64,000 bases of DNA, from sequence record PP408249.1; one strand, 5' to 3'. Of this stretch, positions 49,957-59,786 are shown piece after piece. Numbering within the stretch: position 1 is the stretch's first letter; every line of letters starts with the position of its first letter. The notes below the pieces were generated by a model, which was not told the origin of the DNA, did no database searches, and saw nothing but the letters and a program-made list of their open reading frames with translations. The position numbers and the translations under genes are program-made.

Positions 49957-50559
49957 ATGAAATCTTTCAGAGATTATTATGATGCGTCAAAACGCAAATA
50001 TTCGTTTGTAATTAAAATAGCTACAGACGAAATAAATTCTGAACAAAAATCTGTATTAGAATCTAGTTTAGTAAAATATGATATACTTTCGTTTTCTAAT
50101 TTTAAAGAAACTCCTTATCAATTAAATCCGTTAGATTTTCCTAATATACCTTGTTCTAAAGTATTCATAGCAGAAATAGAGATGGTATATCCGGCTACAC
50201 CGGATTTATTAAGAAATTATATATCTAAAGCACTCTGTATAAAAGAAAGCAATGTTCTGGTATTTACTTCTGAAGATCCTAGATTAGAAGACGCAAAAGA
50301 ATTCGTGTACAGACAAAGTAAAGAATATAAAGATAATTATAAACCAGTATTAGGTTCGGAAGAAATATGGAAAACTGAAGCACCATATGGCGACGAATCA
50401 GTTAAAGAAGCACTAGCGGCAGCTCCTGCAAAAGAAGATAGTTATGTAACTAACAATCTAATTCCGGCGCAAAAACTAGATAAAATAAACAATAAAGAAG
50501 TTGTAGTTCCTAATAACAATGCTGTTATAGGTACTAATGATTATAGAAATAAAAGATAA
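49957..50559 (+). CDS. Hypothetical late protein
   Basis: GATAAATA at 49924-49931. Confidence 0.65.
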   Translation: MKSFRDYYDASKRKYSFVIKIATDEINSEQKSVLESSLVKYDILSFSNFKETPYQLNPLDFPNIPCSKVFIAEIEMVYPATPDLLRNYISKALCIKESNVLVFTSEDPRLEDAKEFVYRQSKEYKDNYKPVLGSEEIWKTEAPYGDESVKEALAAAPAKEDSYVTNNLIPAQKLDKINNKEVVVPNNNAVIGTNDYRNKR

Positions 50560-50588
50560 AGGGCCCAGGGTCCTAGATAGGAGAAATC

Positions 50589-52094
50589 ATGTTTAATATT
50601 AATGACATTCTGCGTCTAGCAGGAGTTCAGGCAGTTAAAGAATCAGAAATATGCGATGATAAAGACTGCACTGATGCCGAATGCCCTGTGCATGGCAAAG
50701 ACAAAGTAGAAGAAACTGCATCTGCAGGAGCATCATCGGCAGGCGGAATAGCTTCTGTTGCAAAACCATTTACCGAAGATGACGACGATAATTATGATTG
50801 GTTGGCAGCCCAACAACGTCGTTCTCGTCAATATCGCCCAGGCGAATTTGAATTTGATGAGGTCAGTAAATTAGATGAAGAAAAGGATGAAGATGGAAAT
50901 AGAATTTTCCACACATTTAAATCTTGGGTCCGCGCATGTAAAGCATTAAAACCCGGTGTTAGATTTGAGGGTGACGAAGACATATGCCAGGCGTTCGGCT
51001 GTGGGGAATGGGACGGAGAAACCGGATATATTTCTAAAGATGCACCGTATCCTACTAAATGGGATAATTCAGTTAATGAAGATTCTGCGTTTGATGAATT
51101 AGCAGGAACTGCAGATGATTATTCTGATGATATTTCTTTTGACATAGATGATAACGATGACGTCACACATTACAGAAATAACTTTGAAGTAACTGATGTC
51201 GATGATATGATACAAGATATACTTGCATATAGTGATATATATAAGGATCAGGCAAAACTAGAAACTTTACCATATGCAGTTATAAAGCGAATTCACGATA
51301 AAGTTATGGGTGAAACATTTGAATCTACTTTAGATGAAATATCTAAATTGGCTGGAATATCTAATGTAGAAGAAAGTGTGCATGATATGGATATTCCTAA
51401 GACTGGATATGCATTTAATGATCCTAAAAAAGACCCCACATTAGATGATGATTACAAAGCTGTTTCTTTAGAAGAATTAGAGAATGCATATAGAATTCTT
51501 AAAAACGCAGGTCTTAATGTATCTGCAGAAGAAATAAAAACAGTAATAGATAGAAGAAAAAATGTGTCAGAAGCATCGCCTAATTTAGATAAAGCAGCTA
51601 GTGATTATACTTTAAAAAATTTCGGCGACTTCGATAACGACGACGAAGACGATGAAGACGACGAATACCTAAATGATTTAGAAAATTCGGAAGATTTTGA
51701 AGATATACCTGTAGATTTCGATATAGATCTTGGACCCGGAACAGTCGGAAGCGAAGTTGCTAATTCAGTAGATGATATTGCAGAAATTATAGCAGATATA
51801 TTGATGACTAGTAACAAGTATAATAGCGAGCAAGAATTAGTCAATATGCCAGTTCAGAGACTCCGTGCTATACATAAATCGTTAATGGATGAAGGTGCAG
51901 TCACTTCAATAAATACTAATACCGTAGATGCTAACGACTATTTCCCTAACGGATATGATGGAAATGTAGTAGGCGCGGCAGGACCGTCTAGTGCAAAATC
52001 TGGCGATAATGCTTTACAAAAAGCATTTGCATCCGAGAGTATAGATGATATAAGAGCGTCGTTGCATGAAGCCCTTAATAAATTTAAAGGTTAA
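50589..52094 (+). CDS. Acidic modular protein, probable internal head protein
   Basis: Repeated hydrophobic-x-E sites, two LAG[IV] motifs, duplicated ~40-aa module. Confidence 0.55.
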   Translation: MFNINDILRLAGVQAVKESEICDDKDCTDAECPVHGKDKVEETASAGASSAGGIASVAKPFTEDDDDNYDWLAAQQRRSRQYRPGEFEFDEVSKLDEEKDEDGNRIFHTFKSWVRACKALKPGVRFEGDEDICQAFGCGEWDGETGYISKDAPYPTKWDNSVNEDSAFDELAGTADDYSDDISFDIDDNDDVTHYRNNFEVTDVDDMIQDILAYSDIYKDQAKLETLPYAVIKRIHDKVMGETFESTLDEISKLAGISNVEESVHDMDIPKTGYAFNDPKKDPTLDDDYKAVSLEELENAYRILKNAGLNVSAEEIKTVIDRRKNVSEASPNLDKAASDYTLKNFGDFDNDDEDDEDDEYLNDLENSEDFEDIPVDFDIDLGPGTVGSEVANSVDDIAEIIADILMTSNKYNSEQELVNMPVQRLRAIHKSLMDEGAVTSINTNTVDANDYFPNGYDGNVVGAAGPSSAKSGDNALQKAFASESIDDIRASLHEALNKFKG

Positions 52095-52107
52095 TATTAT
52101 GTTAAGG

Positions 52108-52140
52108 AAATAAAAGGGTGTTATACACCCTTTTATTTTT
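52108..52140. terminator. Intrinsic terminator
   Basis: AAAAGGGTGT-TAT-ACACCCTTTT. Confidence 0.75.
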
Positions 52141-52149
52141 TATTTAGAT

Positions 52150-53718
52150 ATGGCAGCAGAAGATTATTTAATTAAAAAGGCTTTTAAAAAGGTCCTATAC
52201 ACAGACAAACAGATAGAAGAATTAAAAAAATGCATGGATCCTATAAATGGTCCTATGTATTTTATGACAAATTTTGTCTACATTCAGCATCCTACAAAAG
52301 GTCGTCTGTTATTTAAACCGTTTCCATACCAAGTAGGTTTATTAGAAGCATTTCACAATTATAGATATTCTATAGCTATGCTAGGAAGGCAGCTAGGTAA
52401 ATCTACTGTAGCTGGATCTTATTTACTATGGTACGCAATGTTCGTACCTGATAGTTTTATTTTAGTTGCATCGAAAACAGGCGGCGACGCCAAAGAGATT
52501 ATGGGTCGAATTCGATTTGCATATGAAAGTTTGCCAGATCACATTAGGGCAGGTGCAATTACTTATAATAAACATAGTATAGAATTTGATAACGGATCTA
52601 AGATTAAATCAACTACTACTACCGAAAATACAGGTAGGGGAATGTCCATTTCGCTAGTATATTTAGATGAAATGGCATTCGTGCCGTACAATGTGGCTAT
52701 AGAAATGTGGACTTCTCTATCACCCACATTATCCACTGGCGGTAAATGTATAATAACTTCTACGCCTAATACCGACGAGGATTTGTTTGCCGATATATGG
52801 CATAATGCAAACAAATTAACTGACGAATACGGAAATGAACGAAAAATAGGTGCTAATGGATTTAAGCCGTTTAAAGCTACTTGGAAAGATCATCCTGACA
52901 GAGATGAAAATTGGGCAACAATAGAGCGTGAAAAGATAGGGGAAGAAAGATTTCGTAGAGAACACGAAGTGGAGTTTATTTCTTTTGAAGAAACTCTTAT
53001 AAATTCTATAAAATTAAATCAACTAGAATCTAAAACTCCTATAAGAAAAACAGGCCAAGTCCGTTGGTATGAAGAAATAAAGCCGACAAATACATATGTT
53101 GTTGGATTAGATCCATCTATGGGAGCAGGCGGCGACAATGCTGCAATACAAGTGTTAGAATTACCTACAATGAAACAAGTAGCTGAGTGGCAGCACAACA
53201 GAACACCAGTTGAGGGTCAAGTTAGGTTGTTAAATGAAATACTTACAGAAATACAAAACGCAGGTGTAGTAGAATTATATTGGTCGCTGGAATCTAATAA
53301 TTTAGGAGAAGCTGCATTAGTGGTAATACGTGATACAGGAGAAGAATATTTTCCTGGAACATTTTTGCATGATCCTGTAAAACAAGCAGGGGCGAATAGT
53401 CGTAAAAGACAAGGTTTTCTTACTACTAATCGGACAAAAATAGAAGCATGTTCTAGATTGAAATCCTTAATAGAAAATAATAAAATAAAAATATCATCTT
53501 CTGCATTGATTAGTGAATTAAAGAATTATGTACACAGAGGAGCCACGTTTGAAGCTCGACCGGGAACTACAGACGATTTGGTGTCTGCACTTATATTAAC
53601 ATTAAGGATGACTCAGTTTATTGCATTATGGGATGATAATACAAATGGTGCAATCAGTGCAAGTATAGAAGTCGTCGATGAGGATGACGATAGTATGCCC
53701 ATGCCTTTCTTATTTTAA
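52150..53718 (+). CDS. gp17: Terminase large subunit
   Basis: GRQLGKST Walker A, LVYLDE Walker B, ITSTPN, GLDPS.G.G.D, DDLVSA. Confidence 0.96.
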   Translation: MAAEDYLIKKAFKKVLYTDKQIEELKKCMDPINGPMYFMTNFVYIQHPTKGRLLFKPFPYQVGLLEAFHNYRYSIAMLGRQLGKSTVAGSYLLWYAMFVPDSFILVASKTGGDAKEIMGRIRFAYESLPDHIRAGAITYNKHSIEFDNGSKIKSTTTTENTGRGMSISLVYLDEMAFVPYNVAIEMWTSLSPTLSTGGKCIITSTPNTDEDLFADIWHNANKLTDEYGNERKIGANGFKPFKATWKDHPDRDENWATIEREKIGEERFRREHEVEFISFEETLINSIKLNQLESKTPIRKTGQVRWYEEIKPTNTYVVGLDPSMGAGGDNAAIQVLELPTMKQVAEWQHNRTPVEGQVRLLNEILTEIQNAGVVELYWSLESNNLGEAALVVIRDTGEEYFPGTFLHDPVKQAGANSRKRQGFLTTNRTKIEACSRLKSLIENNKIKISSSALISELKNYVHRGATFEARPGTTDDLVSALILTLRMTQFIALWDDNTNGAISASIEVVDEDDDSMPMPFLF

Positions 53719-53749
53719 ACTAAATATAGTTAAATTGGATTTAGATTTA

Positions 53750-55240
53750 ATGAAACTATTTGAAGTGTTTACTTTATATGAAGATAAAGCAGAACTGATT
53801 GTAAAAAATCAAGGACCCAAGCTCCTTACTGCTGTTAAAAATTATGGATCGAATATTCGTACGGCTGAAGAAATAATGAATGTTCTTAAGAGTGCAGATC
53901 CCACATCTAATCAGACATATTTGCAATGGATTACTAATAGATTTATTGCAGGTGAATTTAGATTAGAAGATACTAATAGAATAAGGGCAGAGCTTATATC
54001 ATTCGAAAGATATAAACGTGTTTTACCGAAAAAAGATATAAATCAGTATAAAACACTAGGAGAATTGTATGCAGTAATTGACCCATTAAATGACGCAGCA
54101 ACAGGCAACGATCTGATTGGTGTATCTAATAAACAAGTTAAAAAGCATGCATATAATGCCAAACGCCAAGAATTAATTTCGTCTGGTCAGGCAGATGTAA
54201 TTTATAAAGGCCAAGAAGGAATGCTAGTTAATCCCAAAACAGAAGATGCAGCAATATTCTTTGGTCAAGGAACTAGGTGGTGTACCGCAGCAACTAGTAG
54301 TGATAATATGTTTAGTCACTACCATAGTCAGGGACCGTTATATACTTGGTTAGGTTCTGATGGATTCAAAGCACAATTCCATTTAGAAACTAATCAATGG
54401 ATGGATTCAAAAGACGAGCCTTTAGACGACGCTCAAATGTCTAAGCTATTGTTAATTCCTATAATTAAAAAATTGTACGACGACGGTATAATTAAATCTG
54501 AGAAATCACTTGTCGGCGATCGCGGCGGCTTCGATGACGAATATGATAATAGACTATCGGATGACTATTATTTCGATCTGTGGGCTGATCGAAAATACCG
54601 TATCAAACAACATATTGAGAAACACGGCATGTCTGAGAATTTAATAGATACACTTTCTGTTAAAGATCCTTTATTACCGTTGTTTGTTTTACCGGAATAC
54701 TCAAAATACCCTGCGTCGAAATCACTCGATGATTATTTTTTAAAATTATCCAAAATAGAACCGCTCGACCAATATAAAGAGATAAATGGGTATTTTGAAA
54801 GCGATATGTTACTTCGATTAACTAGATACCTTGAAGATTCTACAGGGTCTCATTCTAAATCTTTAGATGATGCTGGATTTAATTTTGTTCGTCGATTACT
54901 GGACATAGGCGGAAAGGATTTTGATTTAATAATATCGAACTATCTAAAACATGTAGCTGAGAATTCTAAAACAAAACAATACCTTCTGTCTAATCTTCCG
55001 TTAGCTGTTGAGATTGCTAATTCGATCGAATGGCCGGAACTTATGACAGCAATTGAGCATGAGCTTAGCAATGCTAAAACACCAAAAGAAGAGAACGATG
55101 CAATAAAACTAGGCAGTGATTTAATGTTTAAATCTAATAGCCTGCCTGTATCTAAATGGTTTATTAATTTACTTAAAACTACAGATGCAGGTAAACGATA
55201 CTTATCATCATTACCTGAGTATGACAACACAAAACAATAA
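53750..55240 (+). CDS. Hypothetical protein with PcfJ-like segment
   Basis: ADPT....Y..WI, KDINQYK, G..TRWCTA...F..Y...GPLY; start taken at ATG 53750. Confidence 0.55.
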   Translation: MKLFEVFTLYEDKAELIVKNQGPKLLTAVKNYGSNIRTAEEIMNVLKSADPTSNQTYLQWITNRFIAGEFRLEDTNRIRAELISFERYKRVLPKKDINQYKTLGELYAVIDPLNDAATGNDLIGVSNKQVKKHAYNAKRQELISSGQADVIYKGQEGMLVNPKTEDAAIFFGQGTRWCTAATSSDNMFSHYHSQGPLYTWLGSDGFKAQFHLETNQWMDSKDEPLDDAQMSKLLLIPIIKKLYDDGIIKSEKSLVGDRGGFDDEYDNRLSDDYYFDLWADRKYRIKQHIEKHGMSENLIDTLSVKDPLLPLFVLPEYSKYPASKSLDDYFLKLSKIEPLDQYKEINGYFESDMLLRLTRYLEDSTGSHSKSLDDAGFNFVRRLLDIGGKDFDLIISNYLKHVAENSKTKQYLLSNLPLAVEIANSIEWPELMTAIEHELSNAKTPKEENDAIKLGSDLMFKSNSLPVSKWFINLLKTTDAGKRYLSSLPEYDNTKQ

Positions 55241-55268
55241 ATACAATTAAAGTTTTGAGGTAAGAATT

Positions 55269-56759
55269 TTGATTAATTATAACAGAACTGCTAAAAAAAT
55301 ATTTTCTGTATTAAAAGGGCACAGCTATCGGGTTAAAATGTATGACCTAACAGGCAATGAAGTGATAGACCCAGAAAAAGCTCGTCGATTTTATGTTCAA
55401 TATCCGAACATGATGATAACACTAGATGAAGACACTGGTGAAATTCGTATGAGCAAAAACAATAATATTTCTTTAACTGAATACGAAAGCACATTAGTTC
55501 AGTTAAAGAACATAGCAGTGCATTACATGCTAAATTTTACCTTGAAAGACTTCGGGAGAGAAATAACACCGAGGGATTTTGCATACCAAGCAAAAGTCAA
55601 AAAGGAAAAAGAAATGTCTAACGGATCTGTATCTGAATCTATATCTCCTCTAGCTGGTTCTAGAAAAACAAGTTATCAAACAATAGAAAATGTTAAAATA
55701 CATGTAAAGCATAAGACACATGTCGACGAAGAGATTAGGGGAGCTCGTTCTAGAAATATTTCTGCAATTTTTATAGAACACTCGGGAGAAAGGTTTCGTT
55801 TTCCTCACAATAACTTAGTTGGTGCCCGCGCCATGGCAAGACATATACAGCAAGGCGGCAATCAATACGATTCGATCGGTTCTTATATAATAGAAAGCTG
55901 TGCTAACTATACTAAGTTAAGAGAATTTATGAGATATATTCGTTCTAACAATCTTATAACAGAAGATAGCAACGATGTTATTGCTAATATTAAGGAAAGC
56001 ATAGATAGTATAGCTACAGATTTAAAACGTCTATCTGGTGTAAATACCTACGGTATAGTAAAATCTAGGATCGAAGAAACGGAAGAAGCAGAATGCGATG
56101 TATCTGATGTAGATAAGTTTAAGGATATGTTTACTATTCGTAAGTTTGATGATAAGTTTACTGATGTTCTTCCTATAGTGAGTAAACTCGTTAAGGAAAA
56201 ACAATCATATTTAAAGAAAATAGAAGAAGCAGTTTCTAAACAAATTTATATAGAGTCTATGCCTATTTTAGAAACTAATGCTATAATATATGAAAATCCT
56301 AATATTAAGTTAGGACATAGCTTACAAGAACTTAGTTCTAGAATATTAGAAAATACATTATTAGCTAATTATATTTCGTCAATGGGATCTAAGCTAATAA
56401 AAGAAAATACTTTAAATAAATTCGAATGTTCTATAATTAAATCATTTTTTGAAAACGTTAGTGTTAAAAAAGCAAATACTAATCAAACTAATGGGTTATT
56501 TGCAGAATCGATTAACGAATTTGGGATAAATATTCCTGACTTCCCGGATAATAATCCCTTTAATAAAAATAAAGACAACAAATACAGTAATACAGATTTA
56601 GATAAACACGCATCTGATCAAAAAGTAGATGCAAATGACACTGTCTCTAAAATTGATTTTATTATAAGCAATAGCCACGGAAGATATAATGACAGAGAAA
56701 AATTACTAAAATTGCCAGATGATGTTATTAACAGAATATATTCTAAAATTGCTAAATAA
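55269..56759 (+). CDS. Hypothetical (probably structural) protein
   Basis: GARSRNI.AIFIE...GERFRFP...L.GARAMARH. Confidence 0.65.
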   Translation: MINYNRTAKKIFSVLKGHSYRVKMYDLTGNEVIDPEKARRFYVQYPNMMITLDEDTGEIRMSKNNNISLTEYESTLVQLKNIAVHYMLNFTLKDFGREITPRDFAYQAKVKKEKEMSNGSVSESISPLAGSRKTSYQTIENVKIHVKHKTHVDEEIRGARSRNISAIFIEHSGERFRFPHNNLVGARAMARHIQQGGNQYDSIGSYIIESCANYTKLREFMRYIRSNNLITEDSNDVIANIKESIDSIATDLKRLSGVNTYGIVKSRIEETEEAECDVSDVDKFKDMFTIRKFDDKFTDVLPIVSKLVKEKQSYLKKIEEAVSKQIYIESMPILETNAIIYENPNIKLGHSLQELSSRILENTLLANYISSMGSKLIKENTLNKFECSIIKSFFENVSVKKANTNQTNGLFAESINEFGINIPDFPDNNPFNKNKDNKYSNTDLDKHASDQKVDANDTVSKIDFIISNSHGRYNDREKLLKLPDDVINRIYSKIAK

Positions 56760-56839
56760 AATTATTATCAAGATCATTAAAATGGATTCGAAATAAAATT
56801 AATTCTGTATACTTTGCATATTACACTAAAAATAAATGG

Positions 56840-56868
56840 TTGACAAATAGATAACTGCATTATATAAT
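56840..56868 (+). promoter_or_regulatory. Consensus sigma70 promoter for gp32
   Basis: TTGACA-17-TATAAT. Confidence 0.85.
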
Positions 56869-56881
56869 TACACCATAACTT

Positions 56882-56925
56882 AGTTTTGCAGCTAACCCGA
56901 GCAAAACTGTATTAAAAGGGTTTAG
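56882..56925 (+). promoter_or_regulatory. H-type pseudoknot in gp32 leader (putative autoregulatory operator)
   Basis: S1 56882-56889/56901-56908; S2 AACCC 56894-56898/GGGTT 56918-56922; A-rich tract to RBS. Confidence 0.65.
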
Positions 56926-56958
56926 GATAAAATAAAAAAATATTAAGGATAATTCATT

Positions 56959-57945
56959 ATGGCTTCTCTTGCTGAACTACGTCAAAAATTAAAAGATCAA
57001 GAAACAAAACGTGGCACAAAATCATCTGGCAGTGCAGATAAAAGTAATTTCCCATTCTGGGACATGAATGAAAACGACAGTGCTACTGTAAGATTTCTTC
57101 CTGATGCAAACACTGATAATACCTTTTTCTGGGTAGAAAAACAACAAATTAAAATTCCATTTAGTGGCATTGTAGGTATGAATAGTAAACCTACAGTTGT
57201 TACTGTACCGTGTGTAGAAATGTGGGGGGAATCTTGCCCTATTCATCAAGAAATCCGTCCGTGGTTTAAAGATCCTTCGTTAGAGAAATTAGCGCGTACT
57301 TATTGGAAGAAACGTTCTTATATTTTCCAAGGACTTGTTCGTAAGTCACCTCTTGTAGAACAAGAACTACCAGAGAATCCTATTCGCAAATTTACATTCG
57401 GAAGTCAGATTTTTAATCTAGTTAAATCATCTCTATTAGACCCCGAAATGGAAAACATTCCCACCGATTATTTAAATGGTACTGATTTCCAGATAACTAA
57501 ATTAATGAAGGGCCAATATGCCGATTACGCTACATCTAAATGGGCAAGGAAAGAATCTTCGTTAACTGAAGAAGAATTCCAGGCAATCCAAACATATGGT
57601 CTGTATGATTTAAGTAAATTTTTACCTGCTAAACCTGATGCAGAAGCATTAGCTGCTATATTCGAGATGTTCGAAGAATCAGTAGAAGGTAAAGAATATG
57701 ATCCGCAGCGTTGGGGGAAATACTATCGCCCTTACGGGGTTGAAGTTCCTACTAATACTTCCGTAAGTGTACCTGTATCTAAACCAGAACCTAAGACTAC
57801 GGTATCTAGTTCTTCAGTTATAGAAGACGATAACGATGATCTTCCTTGGGAAGATACTACTAAACCTGTAGAGCCTGTCAAATCTGCTTCTAATGCGCAA
57901 GATATAATTGCGCTCATCCGCGCCCGCCAAAACAGCGGCAACTAA
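56959..57945 (+). CDS. gp32: Single-stranded DNA-binding protein
   Basis: VRFLPD...FFW, CVEMWGE.CP, KRSY, G.DF.I.K..KG.YADY..S, acidic tail. Confidence 0.9.
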   Translation: MASLAELRQKLKDQETKRGTKSSGSADKSNFPFWDMNENDSATVRFLPDANTDNTFFWVEKQQIKIPFSGIVGMNSKPTVVTVPCVEMWGESCPIHQEIRPWFKDPSLEKLARTYWKKRSYIFQGLVRKSPLVEQELPENPIRKFTFGSQIFNLVKSSLLDPEMENIPTDYLNGTDFQITKLMKGQYADYATSKWARKESSLTEEEFQAIQTYGLYDLSKFLPAKPDAEALAAIFEMFEESVEGKEYDPQRWGKYYRPYGVEVPTNTSVSVPVSKPEPKTTVSSSSVIEDDNDDLPWEDTTKPVEPVKSASNAQDIIALIRARQNSGN

Positions 57946-57947
57946 AT

Positions 57948-57978
57948 AGGGAGAGGGGATCGCTGATCCCCTCTCTTT
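57948..57978 (+). terminator. Intrinsic terminator
   Basis: GAGAGGGGATC-GCT-GATCCCCTCTC-TTT. Confidence 0.75.
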
Positions 57979-58051
57979 AATATAACCTAAAATAGCCAAA
58001 AAGTACAACTACAATGTTGGAAGGACGGCAGTATTATAAAAAGGACATTTT

Positions 58052-58297
58052 ATGACAAAACCATTCGATATTTCTAAATTTAGAAAAGATATTACCAAAA
58101 GTATCACTGGCATTAGTACAGGATTTAATGACCCAACTATCTGGATTAGTACCGGCAACTATACTCTTAATTATCTTATTAGTAGCGACTTTAATAAAGG
58201 CGTACCTATGGGTAAAGTAACTATGTTCGCCGGCGAGTCGGGTTGTTTGCCTGAAACTGCTAAAGTGAAAATTAGACTATCTAAGAAGCAATCTTAA
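58052..58297 (+). CDS. uvsX: UvsX/RecA N-extein (64 aa) + split intein N-fragment (17 aa)
   Basis: WISTGN..LN..IS....GVP.GKVT.FAGESG then CLPETAKVKIRLSKKQS*. Confidence 0.92.
   Translation: MTKPFDISKFRKDITKSITGISTGFNDPTIWISTGNYTLNYLISSDFNKGVPMGKVTMFAGESGCLPETAKVKIRLSKKQS
58244..58294 (+). mobile_element. Split intein N-fragment
   Basis: Cys1 block A (CLP.T..V) directly after the first half of Walker A. Confidence 0.85.
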
Positions 58298-58306
58298 CTG
58301 TCCAGT

Positions 58307-58346
58307 GTCTCCGTCGAGGATAAATACTTTTATCTAAAACGGAGAC
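58307..58346 (+). promoter_or_regulatory. RBS-occluding hairpin containing a late promoter
   Basis: GTCTCCGT/ACGGAGAC outer stem, GATAAA/TTTATC inner stem, GATAAATA 58319-58326. Confidence 0.7.
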
Positions 58347-58349
58347 TTT

Positions 58350-59783
58350 ATGGGAAATTACAATGTTCTTTCTACAAAAAACTTTAAGAAGCTATGTAAT
58401 GAGTTAAACATAGTAACGATATCAGAAAAGTACATTTCTGATATACGTAAGATAGAAGATTCTGCTAAGAGCAAAGTGGATTCTGCATCTCAGCGTATGA
58501 TATTAACTATGATAACTGTGAAAGTTCCCGACTTATATGATGCATATAACAGATACTATCAGCTCAGAACAGATGGTATTAGTACAAAAACTCAAGACAG
58601 TATTTCTTATATTTTTGGAAAAGACTTCCTCGAATCTGTTAATTTACTAATCAGTAATAGATATAAAACTGCATTCCGTAAAGGAATGACAGTGGAAGAG
58701 GCATTTATAACACGTAATAAAGACTTTTCCAATAATGGTGTGTATTATAACCAGATGACTGATAAGCAAAAGAAACGTTTATCATTATTGCTTAGTGTGT
58801 ATACACCAGAAAGGTTGGAGTTTTATAAAAAGACAATTTCGTTTTTTATTAAGTTAGATTTGACTAATTATGCAGGAAGAATGAAAAGACTGATGAAACT
58901 GGGATCTAGTACGTCTTTATATGCTAGCGTATTACGGTATGGTAAATCTGTCGGAAAAAGCACACATTCATCTGTATCTGCGGTAAAGAGAAACTATTTG
59001 CCTACTTCGATACAATATTGGATGGCAAAGGGGTTTGATGAAGATACTGCATTAGTGAAGATAAACGAACATCAACAGAAAGCAAGTGCCATGTCTTCCA
59101 AAAAACTAAAAGGCACTAGCGAATACTCTGTTCGATCAGTTGCATATTGGATTAAAAACGGGTATAGCGAAGAAGAGGCAAAAGGGAAAGTATCTAATAT
59201 ACAGAATACTTGGAAAAATGTATCTCAAGAAGAGCGTGATCGAAGAATAGAATTGTGGATGACTACAATGAGTCTTAAAACAGACGAGGAGAAATCTTTG
59301 ATAAACCTTAAAAAAACTCACAGCCCGGAAGGGATAATGGCAAGGACAAATTGCGATTATGATATTGCATTTAAGCAAAGCGTTGATTTTTTTAAGAAAC
59401 GAAATAATTCTTCTAAAGTATCTCAAGAACTATTTTGGGGAATTGCCGAGGATATCGATACCGATGGAGTTTACTTTTCTGAACTAAACTACGAATACCC
59501 TGTTATGGGGAAAATAGTAGATTTCTATGATTCTAAAAGCAAAACAGTAATCGAATTTTATGGAAACTTTTGGCATGCAGATAGTACATATACTGATGAC
59601 ACACTGATATATGGAAAAACTGCTAAAGAAATAAGAGAATCGGACATTTACAGAGAAACGTTAATTAGATCATCTGATTTGGTTAGTGATTTTATAGTAG
59701 TTTGGGAAAAGGACTTTAGGAAGAATCCGAAAGAAACAATTAAAAATTTAGTTAATATTTTAAATAATAAAAGGAAATTTTAA
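58350..59783 (+). mobile_element. Free-standing Vsr-like homing endonuclease between the intein halves
   Basis: C-terminal VDFYD...VIEFYG.FWH...VVWE.D; tandem S..YW..KG..E..A repeats. Confidence 0.75.
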
Positions 59784-59786
59784 TAA

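Noticed and set aside
58298-59786. Group I intron interrupting uvsX or the intein
   Set aside because: Only 52 nt and 3 nt flank the endonuclease ORF, too little for a ribozyme core; no P7-type motifs seen; IntC has its own start
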